From Acidobacteriota bacterium (lineage in GTDB: Bacteria > Acidobacteriota > UBA890 > WLXD01), in the NCBI GenBank assembly GCA_963666055.2, contig CAXWPH010000011.1:64001-128000 (forward strand): a DNA stretch of 64,000 nt. The letters run 5' to 3'. Both the position numbers and the translations under genes were made by a program. The notes beneath the pieces are model-generated. The model did not search any database. It saw only the letters and a list, made by a program, of their open reading frames with translations, and was not told where the DNA came from. The first letter of the stretch is position 1; each line of letters opens with the position of its first letter. This document shows, piece after piece, positions 21,079 to 29,069 of this stretch.

Positions 21079-21108
21079 TTGCCGTACGTATACGTTCACT
21101 TCTACACT
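21079..21108 (+). promoter_or_regulatory. Candidate sigma70 promoter with palindromic operator
   Basis: TTGCCG-N18-TACACT; perfect palindrome ACGTATACGT (21086-21095) in the spacer. Confidence 0.4.
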
Positions 21109-21120
21109 TCGCTGACTCCG

Positions 21121-21183
21121 TAGGTAGGGGTTAGGGGTGTCGTTTTCACCGTGTCCCGCCCGGGACGAATAGGACCCCTCCTA
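21121..21183 (+). promoter_or_regulatory. Candidate structured 5' leader (three-way junction)
   Basis: P1 21121-21132/21173-21183, P2 GGTG/CACC, P3 GTCCC/GGGAC, read by eye. Confidence 0.3.
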
Positions 21184-21207
21184 GAAACGTCATCGGGAGC
21201 AGGTTAA

Positions 21208-22296
21208 GTGCAAGTAGAGCGTCCGGATACCGGAATCGCCTCGATCGGCCTGGCGCTGCCGCCGCTGGCTATGGATCTCGACAGTCTCGCCGAGCTGCGT
21301 GGCGTTGACCCCGACAAGTACAAGATCGGCCTCGGTTGCGAGCAGATGTCGCTTTGCCCGCCCGGCTACGGCGTAGTCGATCTGGCAGTCAAGGCCGCCG
21401 AGCGTGCCCTGGACCGCTGGGACGGGGACCGCTCCAAGATAGGCCTGCTCGCCGTTGGCACCGAGACCGCGATCGACATGAGCCGTCCCTTGAGCGCCTT
21501 CGTGGCCGATCGGCTCGAGCTGGAGGGTGCGGTGCGTTCCTACGAGGTCAAGCACGCTTGCTACGGTGGCACGCTGGCGGTTCGACAAGCTGCCGAGTGG
21601 CGAATGTCCGGTGCCGCGGCCGACCGGGCCGCCCTGGTAATCGCCGCCGATGTATCACTATACGAGCCGGGCGATCCCGGCGAGCCTACGCAAGGTGCTG
21701 GCGCCGCCGCCATGGTCATCGAGGAACCCACCGTCGCGTCCATCGAGCCCGAGTCCCACGCCTGGAGCGAACCGCACTTCGACTTCTATCGTCCGGTCGG
21801 CGAATCGTTCCCACAAGTCGATGGGGCGTTGAGCCTCGACTGCTACAAGCGCGCCGCGGAACGTTGTTTCCACGCGTTGGTACGGGACCGCGACCCCGAG
21901 AAAGTGTTCGCCGAGCTCGCCGCGATCTGCTTCCACGTGCCCTTCCCGAAGATGGTGCGTAAGACAGTGCACCGTATCGGCGAGCATTTCGGATGGAGCC
22001 TCGAGGATATCGAGCGGCTGTTCGAACAGAAGGTGAGCCCGACCATGCTCTGGAACCGACTCTGCGGCAACGCCTACACGGCCAGCTTGTGGATCTCCGT
22101 TGCCAACGCGCTACGCGGCTTGGTGGAAGGCCAGCGTCTAGCGGCGTTTTCGTACGGGTCGGGCTTCGGGGCGGAGCTGCTAGTGCTGCATGCCGGTCCC
22201 AAGGCGATACTCGGGGAATGGGCCCGCGATGTCGAGGAAGACCTCGACGACCGCCAACAGCTGGACGGGGCGGCCTACGAGAGGCTGCGTAGCTGA
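21208..22296 (+). CDS. Hydroxymethylglutaryl-CoA synthase family protein
   Basis: Catalytic Glu (VGTET), Cys (KHACYGGT), His (FHVPF); EPTQGAGA, GNAYTASL, FSYGSG. Confidence 0.9.
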   Translation: MQVERPDTGIASIGLALPPLAMDLDSLAELRGVDPDKYKIGLGCEQMSLCPPGYGVVDLAVKAAERALDRWDGDRSKIGLLAVGTETAIDMSRPLSAFVADRLELEGAVRSYEVKHACYGGTLAVRQAAEWRMSGAAADRAALVIAADVSLYEPGDPGEPTQGAGAAAMVIEEPTVASIEPESHAWSEPHFDFYRPVGESFPQVDGALSLDCYKRAAERCFHALVRDRDPEKVFAELAAICFHVPFPKMVRKTVHRIGEHFGWSLEDIERLFEQKVSPTMLWNRLCGNAYTASLWISVANALRGLVEGQRLAAFSYGSGFGAELLVLHAGPKAILGEWARDVEEDLDDRQQLDGAAYERLRS

Positions 22297-22376
22297 GTCG
22301 ACTCGCGCTAGCTCAAATCACTGGTGTTGCCTGCCGACGGTGCTGCAGCCCAGACGCAGCATGAGAGGCTCAGGCT

Positions 22377-22439
22377 ACTCCCGACAGCACGGTGAAGGTG
22401 CTCTACTTCGGCCTGGCGAAAGCCTACGAAGCGGACGGC
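22377..22439 (+). pseudogene. Remnant of a Hanks Ser/Thr kinase subdomain VII
   Basis: TPDSTVKVLYFGLAKAYEADG resembles TP.G.VKVLDFGLAKA; DFG is YFG here; no flanking kinase sequence. Confidence 0.55.
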
Positions 22440-22493
22440 ACCGCCGCACATAGACCAACAAGTTCACCGGTGCCACGGCTCAAGGAGAGCACT

Positions 22494-23561
22494 ATGAGGT
22501 TGATGCGTGTGTCCGTCCTGCCAGTCGCCGTCGCCGTGACGGCCCTACTCTTGGCCGTTCCGAGCGTTGGACAGGTCGCGCCCGTTGAATTCGCACTGCG
22601 AGCGGCGGATGTCTACCTGGCGAACCCGGCGTCAGAGACTTCGGGGCCGCCTGCGCACATCAACTCGGCGCAGGTTGGCTGGGAGAACGTCTGGTTCTCA
22701 GGGCAGGGGGCGGCATCTGGGGGGCCGTCACTGGGCGCCACCACGCGCTGGAATGTGGTCATTGGCGGCGTCTCGATTCCCGACGACGACCTGCGGGTAG
22801 GCCTCTGGGAACTCGCGCCACGGGCGATCTACGCCGGTCACCTGCACCCGGTACCGGAGTTCTACGTCGTCATCGACGGGCAGGCAGAGTGGACCCTCGG
22901 CAATGAGACCTTCCTCGCCGAGCCCGGCGAAGTGGTCTACATCGCCCCGAATACGATGCACCGGATGGTGAACCTGACGGACGATCTGGTACGGGCGGTC
23001 TGGGGCCGCTGGGCTCCGAACGGCGACCGGAGCGTGTTCGAGGGCGAGTTTCGGTTCGTGGAGCCGCTTCCGGAGCAACCACCCGGGGCGGGGTTCCGGG
23101 ACGTCAGGGCAGTAAGACCGCGCTCGGGCGCTGGGGGTGCTCCCCCGCTGCTCCACCCCGGCTACCTCAGCAACCTGGCGGAGTCTTGCGAGCCGAGGCC
23201 GTGCCGGCGCTCAGCAGGAACTCTGGAACCCATACTCGCTCCTCGCGAACTCTCGTGTCGCCAAAATTCGCAGTGCCAACTTTGTGCCGAAAGTAGGGGT
23301 TCAGACTCCACTTTCACGCCCCTGTACCCCCGAGAACAGGCTGTATTTGCGGGACTCAGGCTACTGGATGTAGCCGAGATCTCGCAGCTCGCGTCGCAGC
23401 GCTTCGTCCAGCTCGATCGGATCCGCGTCGGCCAGCGCCGTGTGGCTTCGAATCACCGCCAGGTTGGCGTCCAGCGCCGCCTTTACATGCGGGTACTCGG
23501 CCGACACGTCCCGGCGCTCGATCGGATCGACTGCCAGGTCGTACAGCGCGCCATCGTATAG
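22494..23561 (+). CDS. Secreted cupin, DMSP-lyase-like (DddK/DddW/DddQ-type motifs); 3' end probably near 23115
   Basis: AAGGAG RBS; signal peptide; GHLHPVPEFYVVIDG and GEVVYIAPNTMH cupin motifs. After about 23110 the ORF looks non-coding and overlaps the sulfatase by about 200 nt. Confidence 0.7.
   Translation: MRLMRVSVLPVAVAVTALLLAVPSVGQVAPVEFALRAADVYLANPASETSGPPAHINSAQVGWENVWFSGQGAASGGPSLGATTRWNVVIGGVSIPDDDLRVGLWELAPRAIYAGHLHPVPEFYVVIDGQAEWTLGNETFLAEPGEVVYIAPNTMHRMVNLTDDLVRAVWGRWAPNGDRSVFEGEFRFVEPLPEQPPGAGFRDVRAVRPRSGAGGAPPLLHPGYLSNLAESCEPRPCRRSAGTLEPILAPRELSCRQNSQCQLCAESRGSDSTFTPLYPREQAVFAGLRLLDVAEISQLASQRFVQLDRIRVGQRRVASNHRQVGVQRRLYMRVLGRHVPALDRIDCQVVQRAIV
23289..23315. repeat. REP-like hairpin GAAAGTaGGGGT-TCAG-ACTCCACTTTC
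   Basis: Imperfect palindrome between convergent genes. Confidence 0.4.
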
Positions 23562-24773
23562 CTTCCAGCGCGCCGTCCGGATCGAGGTCGGCAGCGCACC
23601 CACGTAGTCGCGCTGGCTGACGGCGAACACTACGTCGGTGCGCCGATTGAGCACGCGATCCATCAAGCTGCGGCCCTCGAAGGGCTGAGCGGTATCGATG
23701 TCGAGCAAGTCGACCATCGTGGGCAATATGTCGATACCGCGCGCCACTTCGCCGAATGTCTGGCCACCATACCGCGAGCCCGGCAGCTTGATGAGCAGCG
23801 GTACCGTCAGCAACTCGTCGTAGAGCGTCCACGAGTGCCAGCCATGACGGCCTCGCTCACCGAACTCCTCACCATGGTCAGAGGTGAACACGATCAACGT
23901 GTTCTCGTAGAGGTCGCGTTCCCGCAGGTATGCCAGCAGATCGCCGAACGCAGCGTCCATGTTGCGAATCTCGCCATCGTAGGCGGCGACGATGTGGCGT
24001 CGGTCCTTCTCCGAGACGCGCAAACGCACCGGGTTCTCGAAAACCGAGCGCAGATATTGCAGGCTGATCTCATCGCCAAGGTCGCCCTCGTAGTCGGGAT
24101 CGAACACTTGCAGGTACTCGCGCGGCGGCGTGTACGGTGTATGCACTTCATAGGTGTGCAGGAAGAGGAAGAACTGCTCGTCGCCATACTGGTCGAGAAA
24201 CCGCTTCCCTTTCTCGACGATGTCGCTGAAACGCGACGCGTGGGTCATTTCCTGCTCGAACGAGTCGTAGACGTCGAAGCCCTGATCAACGTTGTACTTC
24301 TCGTGCATCTGAGCGCCAGCGGTGAAACCACCGGTGCGGTACCCCGCCTGGAAGAGGATCTCGGCCATGGTGACAGCGTCATCAGGTAACGGCCGTTCGG
24401 TGGAACGAAAGGCGCGATGATGCTCGGGGATCATCGATGTGAAAATCGAGGCGTGCGAGGGCAGCGTCGAAGGCGCCATGGCGATGGCATGCTCGAACCG
24501 CACGGCATCGTTGGCGAACGAGTCAATGTTTGGAGTCGTATCCCGCTCATAGCCGTATACGCCGACGTGATCCTGCCGGAGCGTGTCGATCGACACCAAG
24601 ATCACGTTGCAGTCGTCGCAACGGTAGTTGGACGATGCCCAACTCAGCCCCCCGTTGAGACTCCTCGCCAGCGCGTAGGTAGCCGGCAGATCCACCGCGT
24701 CCGCCGCCTGCAAGAGCAAGAGCAGCACGGCGGCAGTGCAGATCCGGGTCGAGCGACTGGCCGGACGAGGCAT
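23361..24773 (-). CDS. Sulfatase/alkaline-phosphatase superfamily protein (non-canonical TLPSH motif)
   Basis: NVILVSIDTLRQDH, TPNID, TLPSHAS, HTPY, YDGEI, TSDHGEEF, VPLLI, C-terminal LRDLGYI. Confidence 0.9.
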   Translation of the reverse strand: MPRPASRSTRICTAAVLLLLLQAADAVDLPATYALARSLNGGLSWASSNYRCDDCNVILVSIDTLRQDHVGVYGYERDTTPNIDSFANDAVRFEHAIAMAPSTLPSHASIFTSMIPEHHRAFRSTERPLPDDAVTMAEILFQAGYRTGGFTAGAQMHEKYNVDQGFDVYDSFEQEMTHASRFSDIVEKGKRFLDQYGDEQFFLFLHTYEVHTPYTPPREYLQVFDPDYEGDLGDEISLQYLRSVFENPVRLRVSEKDRRHIVAAYDGEIRNMDAAFGDLLAYLRERDLYENTLIVFTSDHGEEFGERGRHGWHSWTLYDELLTVPLLIKLPGSRYGGQTFGEVARGIDILPTMVDLLDIDTAQPFEGRSLMDRVLNRRTDVVFAVSQRDYVGALPTSIRTARWKLYDGALYDLAVDPIERRDVSAEYPHVKAALDANLAVIRSHTALADADPIELDEALRRELRDLGYIQ

Positions 24774-24949
24774 GGTGCGGCGCGTTCCGACTCACGGTGA
24801 GGCGCGGCCGGCGGTGGTGAGTGCGTCGCCAGCGCGTTTGGAACGGGAGGATACAGCCCTGATTCTAGGCGATCGTCTGACGCCACGCACCTGCACGATG
24901 GCCTCGGCTGGAGAGCCTACTGGTGTCGCGCGGCGACCCTGGGCTCGAG

Positions 24950-26260
24950 TCAGCCATTGCTCGATCGCAATGTCGTGAGCGGCAACCGGGCGTATGGATT
25001 GATGTCGTGGGCTGCGTCCTGGTGGCGGCGAGCCTGCTCCGGCTGTCCGAGAGCGTCGGCGATGGCAGCGGCGTGCAGGTGGAAATCGGCTCGGCTGGTA
25101 CCGAATCGCAAAGCCATGGCGCTCGCCTTGGCCGCCTCGACATGCTCGCCCGCGGCATGCAGAGCCCAGGCCAACGTGTCGTAGGCTTCTACATCGCGCC
25201 GGGTTTCCAGGTCACGGCGCGCCCGCCGCACTGCCTCCGACGGGCTCAAGCCGCGATCAGCCAGCAGCCGCGCCATCGGACGGTCCTCCGCCGTTCCGCC
25301 GGTTCTTCCGACTTCAAGCGCGGCGGCGAAAGCCGCCTGGGCTTCGAGTACTCGGCCTTCGTGTCGGTACAGATCGGCAAGCGCCGCCAGGTGCTCGGGG
25401 TGCGGGAGCCGCGTCACAATCGACTCGTAGCTCTCGATCGCCTCGCCGATCGAGCCGTCCGCGGCCAAGAGACGAGCGCGAGTCACCTGCGCTCGGAGAT
25501 CTGACGGCTCCAGGCGGAGCGCGGTGTCAGCGGCGATCAGCGCCTCCTGATGACGCCCCCGTCGGAGGTGGAACTCTGCCAGCCTGAACAGGTACCAGGC
25601 CATTTCGGACCGCGGCACATAACGGGCCTTGGCAGCGCGAGCGGCACTCAGCAGCAGCGCGAGCGCCTCGCCATCGCGACCGTGGATCTCGGCGAGATCG
25701 GCCTGTCGTGCCAGGACGGCCGGCCCGGCGTAGGTCGAGGTAATCTCGTCGAGAAGCGTGTCCGCTTCCTCGTAGTCACCGCGGCCAATGAGCGCGTCGA
25801 ATAGCACTGCCCTCGCCCCGGTCCGCTCCGGCCACTGCTGGATGAGCGCTGTTGCCAGCTCCGCACCCGCGGCAAACCGATGCTGCGAGTTCAGCACGCG
25901 CGCCAGCGCCAGCTGGGCCTCGGCATACTCGCGCCGCAATACCAACGCTCGCCGCAACGCCCGCTCAGCAGCGATGTAGTAGCGCTCATCCCCGGACTCC
26001 CGTGCGTGGCGTGCCTGGAGCGTTGCCAGCATGTAGTGACTGTTGGCGCTGCGGGGATGTTCGCCGACGCGCTGCTCGAACGCGCCCAAGTGGGTGACAG
26101 CCGGATCCAGATGCGGCAACGGCATCGCCTCCGGGCCGGCAACTTCGTCGACAACCTGCGCCAGCGTCGGCACGCCCGATGCGTCGGGGATAAGAGCGGC
26201 CAGAGCACATGCTGCTGCGGTAAGGACCACGGCGAACAACGCTCGAATCGGTGGTTTCAT
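24950..26260 (-). CDS. Tetratricopeptide repeat protein (DUF4331-associated)
   Basis: TPR-like helices, HRFA, DTLAWAL, FHLHA; GGAGG RBS before ATG 26260. Confidence 0.82.
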   Translation of the reverse strand: MKPPIRALFAVVLTAAACALAALIPDASGVPTLAQVVDEVAGPEAMPLPHLDPAVTHLGAFEQRVGEHPRSANSHYMLATLQARHARESGDERYYIAAERALRRALVLRREYAEAQLALARVLNSQHRFAAGAELATALIQQWPERTGARAVLFDALIGRGDYEEADTLLDEITSTYAGPAVLARQADLAEIHGRDGEALALLLSAARAAKARYVPRSEMAWYLFRLAEFHLRRGRHQEALIAADTALRLEPSDLRAQVTRARLLAADGSIGEAIESYESIVTRLPHPEHLAALADLYRHEGRVLEAQAAFAAALEVGRTGGTAEDRPMARLLADRGLSPSEAVRRARRDLETRRDVEAYDTLAWALHAAGEHVEAAKASAMALRFGTSRADFHLHAAAIADALGQPEQARRHQDAAHDINPYARLPLTTLRSSNG

Positions 26261-26336
26261 CAGCTGCCTCCGAAGATTCCGGCCCTGTCGGTCGACCAGC
26301 AACGCCATCGCTGATCGACCGACCAGCGGGAACGGC

Positions 26337-26372
26337 CTAGCAGGCCGCGGTGGAAGTGTGGTGGCCTGCTAG
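26337..26372. repeat. 36-bp palindromic element CTAGCAGGCC-N16-GGCCTGCTAG overlapping the DUF4331 stop
   Basis: Perfect 10-bp terminal inverted repeats; similar copy at 10957-10988. Confidence 0.8.
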
Positions 26373-27367
26373 TGAGCTGCCGCCAGATAGGGGAACTTCG
26401 CCAGGAACGGAACGTCGTTAGCGTCGACGCAGTCGCCCGGCAGCGCCCCGGCGGTCAACAGGCCGAGCTCGGCGTCGATGACATCGTCGGCGAGCTGGCG
26501 TCCGTTCAGAAACCCACCCGCGGCCGCTGGATCGAACGGCATGATGTCTGGCAGCAGCACACCGGTAAGCGCCACGGCGGTCGGGGTAGTGTTGCCGCCA
26601 GCCTTGAAAGCTCTGCGCAGGAATCGGCTGAAGGTGGCGGGGTCGTCGACAGGATTCCCGGCGTTGTAGCGGTTCTTCTTGTTGCTCGGTATGAAGACGG
26701 TGTTGATTGCCGGAAAGGCCGTGCGATCGATGCGGGTACCACCAGAGCTGGTGGTCGCCCAAACGCCGATGGCACCATCGCCCAGATCACTTGCCGGTAC
26801 CTGCAGGACGACGGCGTTGACGTTGAGCCCGGCGAAGAAGTCCGTCTCGCCACCATCGCAGAAGCTGCGTCCGCCGCTGCCCAGGAACGCATCGAGATCG
26901 AAGAAGAAAGGATCGTCCACCAGCCCGGCAAAAACTCGGCCACCACCATCGAACTTCGTCGACGACCCGGTGTTGCCAGAGGCAACGGTCTTGCCATCGC
27001 GGGTCACAGTGTACGACTGCCTTTCATTGGCACCCGGGGCATCGAACCGGAACGTGAGCTCGATGTCCGCGAGAGCGTCGCCGTCGTTGTCGACCAGGAT
27101 CGTGTAGTCGACCGACGGATCGAAGCCGACGGGGCCGAACACGCCGGCCGCCGGGTTGGAGGTCACCGCAATGGTCACCTGTGCCCCACCACCGGGCGGA
27201 AAGACGAACAGATCGGCCAGATCGGCCATCAGATTGCCCGCCGGAGGCGACAAATCGGGGGCATCGAGATGATCGGCGGCCTCGGTCGAGGACTGGCCGG
27301 CGAGAACGAACAACACGACCGCCAGGACCAGTCCCACGGCGGCACCGAGCAAGGCTAGCTTGCGCAT
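26369..27367 (-). CDS. DUF4331 family secreted protein
   Basis: AADHLDAP, DLADLFVF, FAGLVDDPFFFDL, DFFAGLNV, NGRQLADDVID, FPYLAAAH. Confidence 0.9.
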   Translation of the reverse strand: MRKLALLGAAVGLVLAVVLFVLAGQSSTEAADHLDAPDLSPPAGNLMADLADLFVFPPGGGAQVTIAVTSNPAAGVFGPVGFDPSVDYTILVDNDGDALADIELTFRFDAPGANERQSYTVTRDGKTVASGNTGSSTKFDGGGRVFAGLVDDPFFFDLDAFLGSGGRSFCDGGETDFFAGLNVNAVVLQVPASDLGDGAIGVWATTSSGGTRIDRTAFPAINTVFIPSNKKNRYNAGNPVDDPATFSRFLRRAFKAGGNTTPTAVALTGVLLPDIMPFDPAAAGGFLNGRQLADDVIDAELGLLTAGALPGDCVDANDVPFLAKFPYLAAAH

Positions 27368-27415
27368 GAGGCGACTCCTCTTCCGGAGGTTGGCTGAGTT
27401 GCTTCCTACCTCCAG

Positions 27416-27439
27416 TACGCCGCGGCGCCGAGATCGGAT
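27416..27439 (-). promoter_or_regulatory. Candidate SigK-type ECF promoter ATCCG-N15-CGTA (DUF4331-TPR operon)
   Basis: Same motif and spacing as upstream of the sigma gene (29027-29050). Confidence 0.65.
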
Positions 27440-27535
27440 CGCCGGCGCGCCGATGAAGATGGTGGCGGCGAGCAGTCAAGCTCCGGATCAGGCGCCAGCC
27501 GACCCGGGCGCTGCTAGTAGCCTGTAGTCAGGCCA

Positions 27536-28330
27536 CTAGTTGTCGGAGAAGCCGCCCACGAGGAACGGCGTCGTGGTGGGCTGCAAAGAGCCACCGGCCG
27601 GCTCGTCGGTCACCGCGGCCAAGTCGAAGGTCGCCCCAGCCGGCATGGCAAACGAGAGCGCCGCCCGCTGTGTGTCGCCGGGGTCGAAGGTACCCAGGCT
27701 AACCGGCGCCGTTCCAGCAACGGTATCGATTCCCCATACCTGGTACGTGCGTCCAGCAGGCGCAGCCACCAGGTTGAACGCGGTAAGCACCGCCACGTCT
27801 TGACGTCGGTTCCAGTAGAGCCTGGCCGACGGCGCCGCGTCGGTTGCAGTCAGCGTCGCAGTGACGATATCGGCGTCGAGCAGCGCGTCGAGCAAAGCCC
27901 CCTGACGACCCACCTCCAGCTGGGTTTCCGTCAGCTGTTGCCTGGCGCCGTCGAGCTCGGCTCCAAGGTCGAGTCGTGCCTGGCGCTCGAACCAGTAGCC
28001 GGCGCCCGCTGCTATTGCGGCCACCGAGGCAGCTGCGAGCAACCACCTGGTCAAGCGGTGAGGCGTCTCCGCTATAGACGTGTCGGCGCGGTCAGCCTCC
28101 GATTGCGCGGCGGCCGCCTCATCCAGGATCCGCTGACGAAGCGCCGACGGTGGCCGCACCTCTGGAGCGGCGAACGCCAGCGACCCGGCCGTGGCTCGGA
28201 GCTCGGCAACCTCGCCGCGGCAAATCGCACATTCGGCGAGATGCTCTTCGAACCTCAGCCGTTCGTCTGCGTCGAGCGCGTCGAGAGCGTACGCCGCCGC
28301 CGCATCAAGCCATTCGTGACGTTCGCTCAT
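27536..28330 (-). CDS. Anti-sigma-K factor RskA family (zf-HC2 + TM + RskA C-domain)
   Basis: AAYALDAL..FEEHLAECAIC; TM; GRTYQVW, PVSLG, AVTDEPAGGS..PT. Confidence 0.9.
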   Translation of the reverse strand: MSERHEWLDAAAAYALDALDADERLRFEEHLAECAICRGEVAELRATAGSLAFAAPEVRPPSALRQRILDEAAAAQSEADRADTSIAETPHRLTRWLLAAASVAAIAAGAGYWFERQARLDLGAELDGARQQLTETQLEVGRQGALLDALLDADIVTATLTATDAAPSARLYWNRRQDVAVLTAFNLVAAPAGRTYQVWGIDTVAGTAPVSLGTFDPGDTQRAALSFAMPAGATFDLAAVTDEPAGGSLQPTTTPFLVGGFSDN

Positions 28331-28953
28331 TGCTCCACCTGCCGCTGAAGCCCGACGAGCGACACACGCAGCTTCTGCATCGCCGCACGCAGGCGCGACT
28401 TCACTGTACCGAGCGGCTCATCGAGGTGCGCCGCGATCTCGCTCTGCGTCATGCCTCGGTAGTAGGCCAACACCACCGCCTCCCGTTGCTCCGACGAGAG
28501 CTCCGCCAGCGACAAGGTGACCAGCTCGCGGCGCTCAGCGTGGGCAACGTGTTCCTCTGGGCCCGCCGGTACCCAGCCCATGGGCTCGGGTGCGCTACCG
28601 GCAGCCTCAAGCGCACGCAGCCGACGTCGGCGGGCGCGGTGTAGATCCAACGCGCGGCTGCGAACGATGGTGTGAAGCCATGCACCCACGCCGCTACGAC
28701 CGGGTTCGAAGCGCTCCGATTGCTTCCACACCTGAGCGAACGCGCGCGCCACGGCGTCCTCTGCATCCTGGTGGTCGCGCAGGATGCCGAACGCAATCGA
28801 GTAGGCGCTGGTGCTGTACAGATCGTAGACGCGGCCCAACGCCTGGTCGTCACCCTGACCCGCGCGCACCACCAGCTCCGTGTCTGACAGGCTCTCGAGG
28901 TCCGCTGGGTGCCCCATGGTCAGTGCTCGTGCTCGCCTTGCAATCGTTTGCAA
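28327..28953 (-). CDS. ECF sigma factor, SigK-like
   Basis: GDDQALGRVYD, AWLHTIVRSRALD, LAYYRGMTQSEIA..L..PLGTVKSRLR; start 28953 or 28917. Confidence 0.92.
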   Translation of the reverse strand: MQTIARRARALTMGHPADLESLSDTELVVRAGQGDDQALGRVYDLYSTSAYSIAFGILRDHQDAEDAVARAFAQVWKQSERFEPGRSGVGAWLHTIVRSRALDLHRARRRRLRALEAAGSAPEPMGWVPAGPEEHVAHAERRELVTLSLAELSSEQREAVVLAYYRGMTQSEIAAHLDEPLGTVKSRLRAAMQKLRVSLVGLQRQVEQ

Positions 28954-29026
28954 CGCTAGGATCGCACGAATCGAGCTGTAGCAGCCTGGATGGTCCGATA
29001 GCGGCGATCTCCTCCTTACTTGCTGA

Positions 29027-29050
29027 TACGTCGCGGCGCGGAAAGCGGAT
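29027..29050 (-). promoter_or_regulatory. Candidate SigK-type autoregulatory promoter ATCCG-N15-CGTA
   Basis: AATCCGctttccgcgccgcgaCGTATC on the minus strand. Confidence 0.65.
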
Positions 29051-29069
29051 TACCGAAGCGCTAGAAGGC

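Noticed and set aside
23116-23561. Cys-containing C-terminal extension of the cupin as a real domain
   Set aside because: Non-coding-like composition, contains a DNA hairpin and overlaps the sulfatase 3' end on the opposite strand
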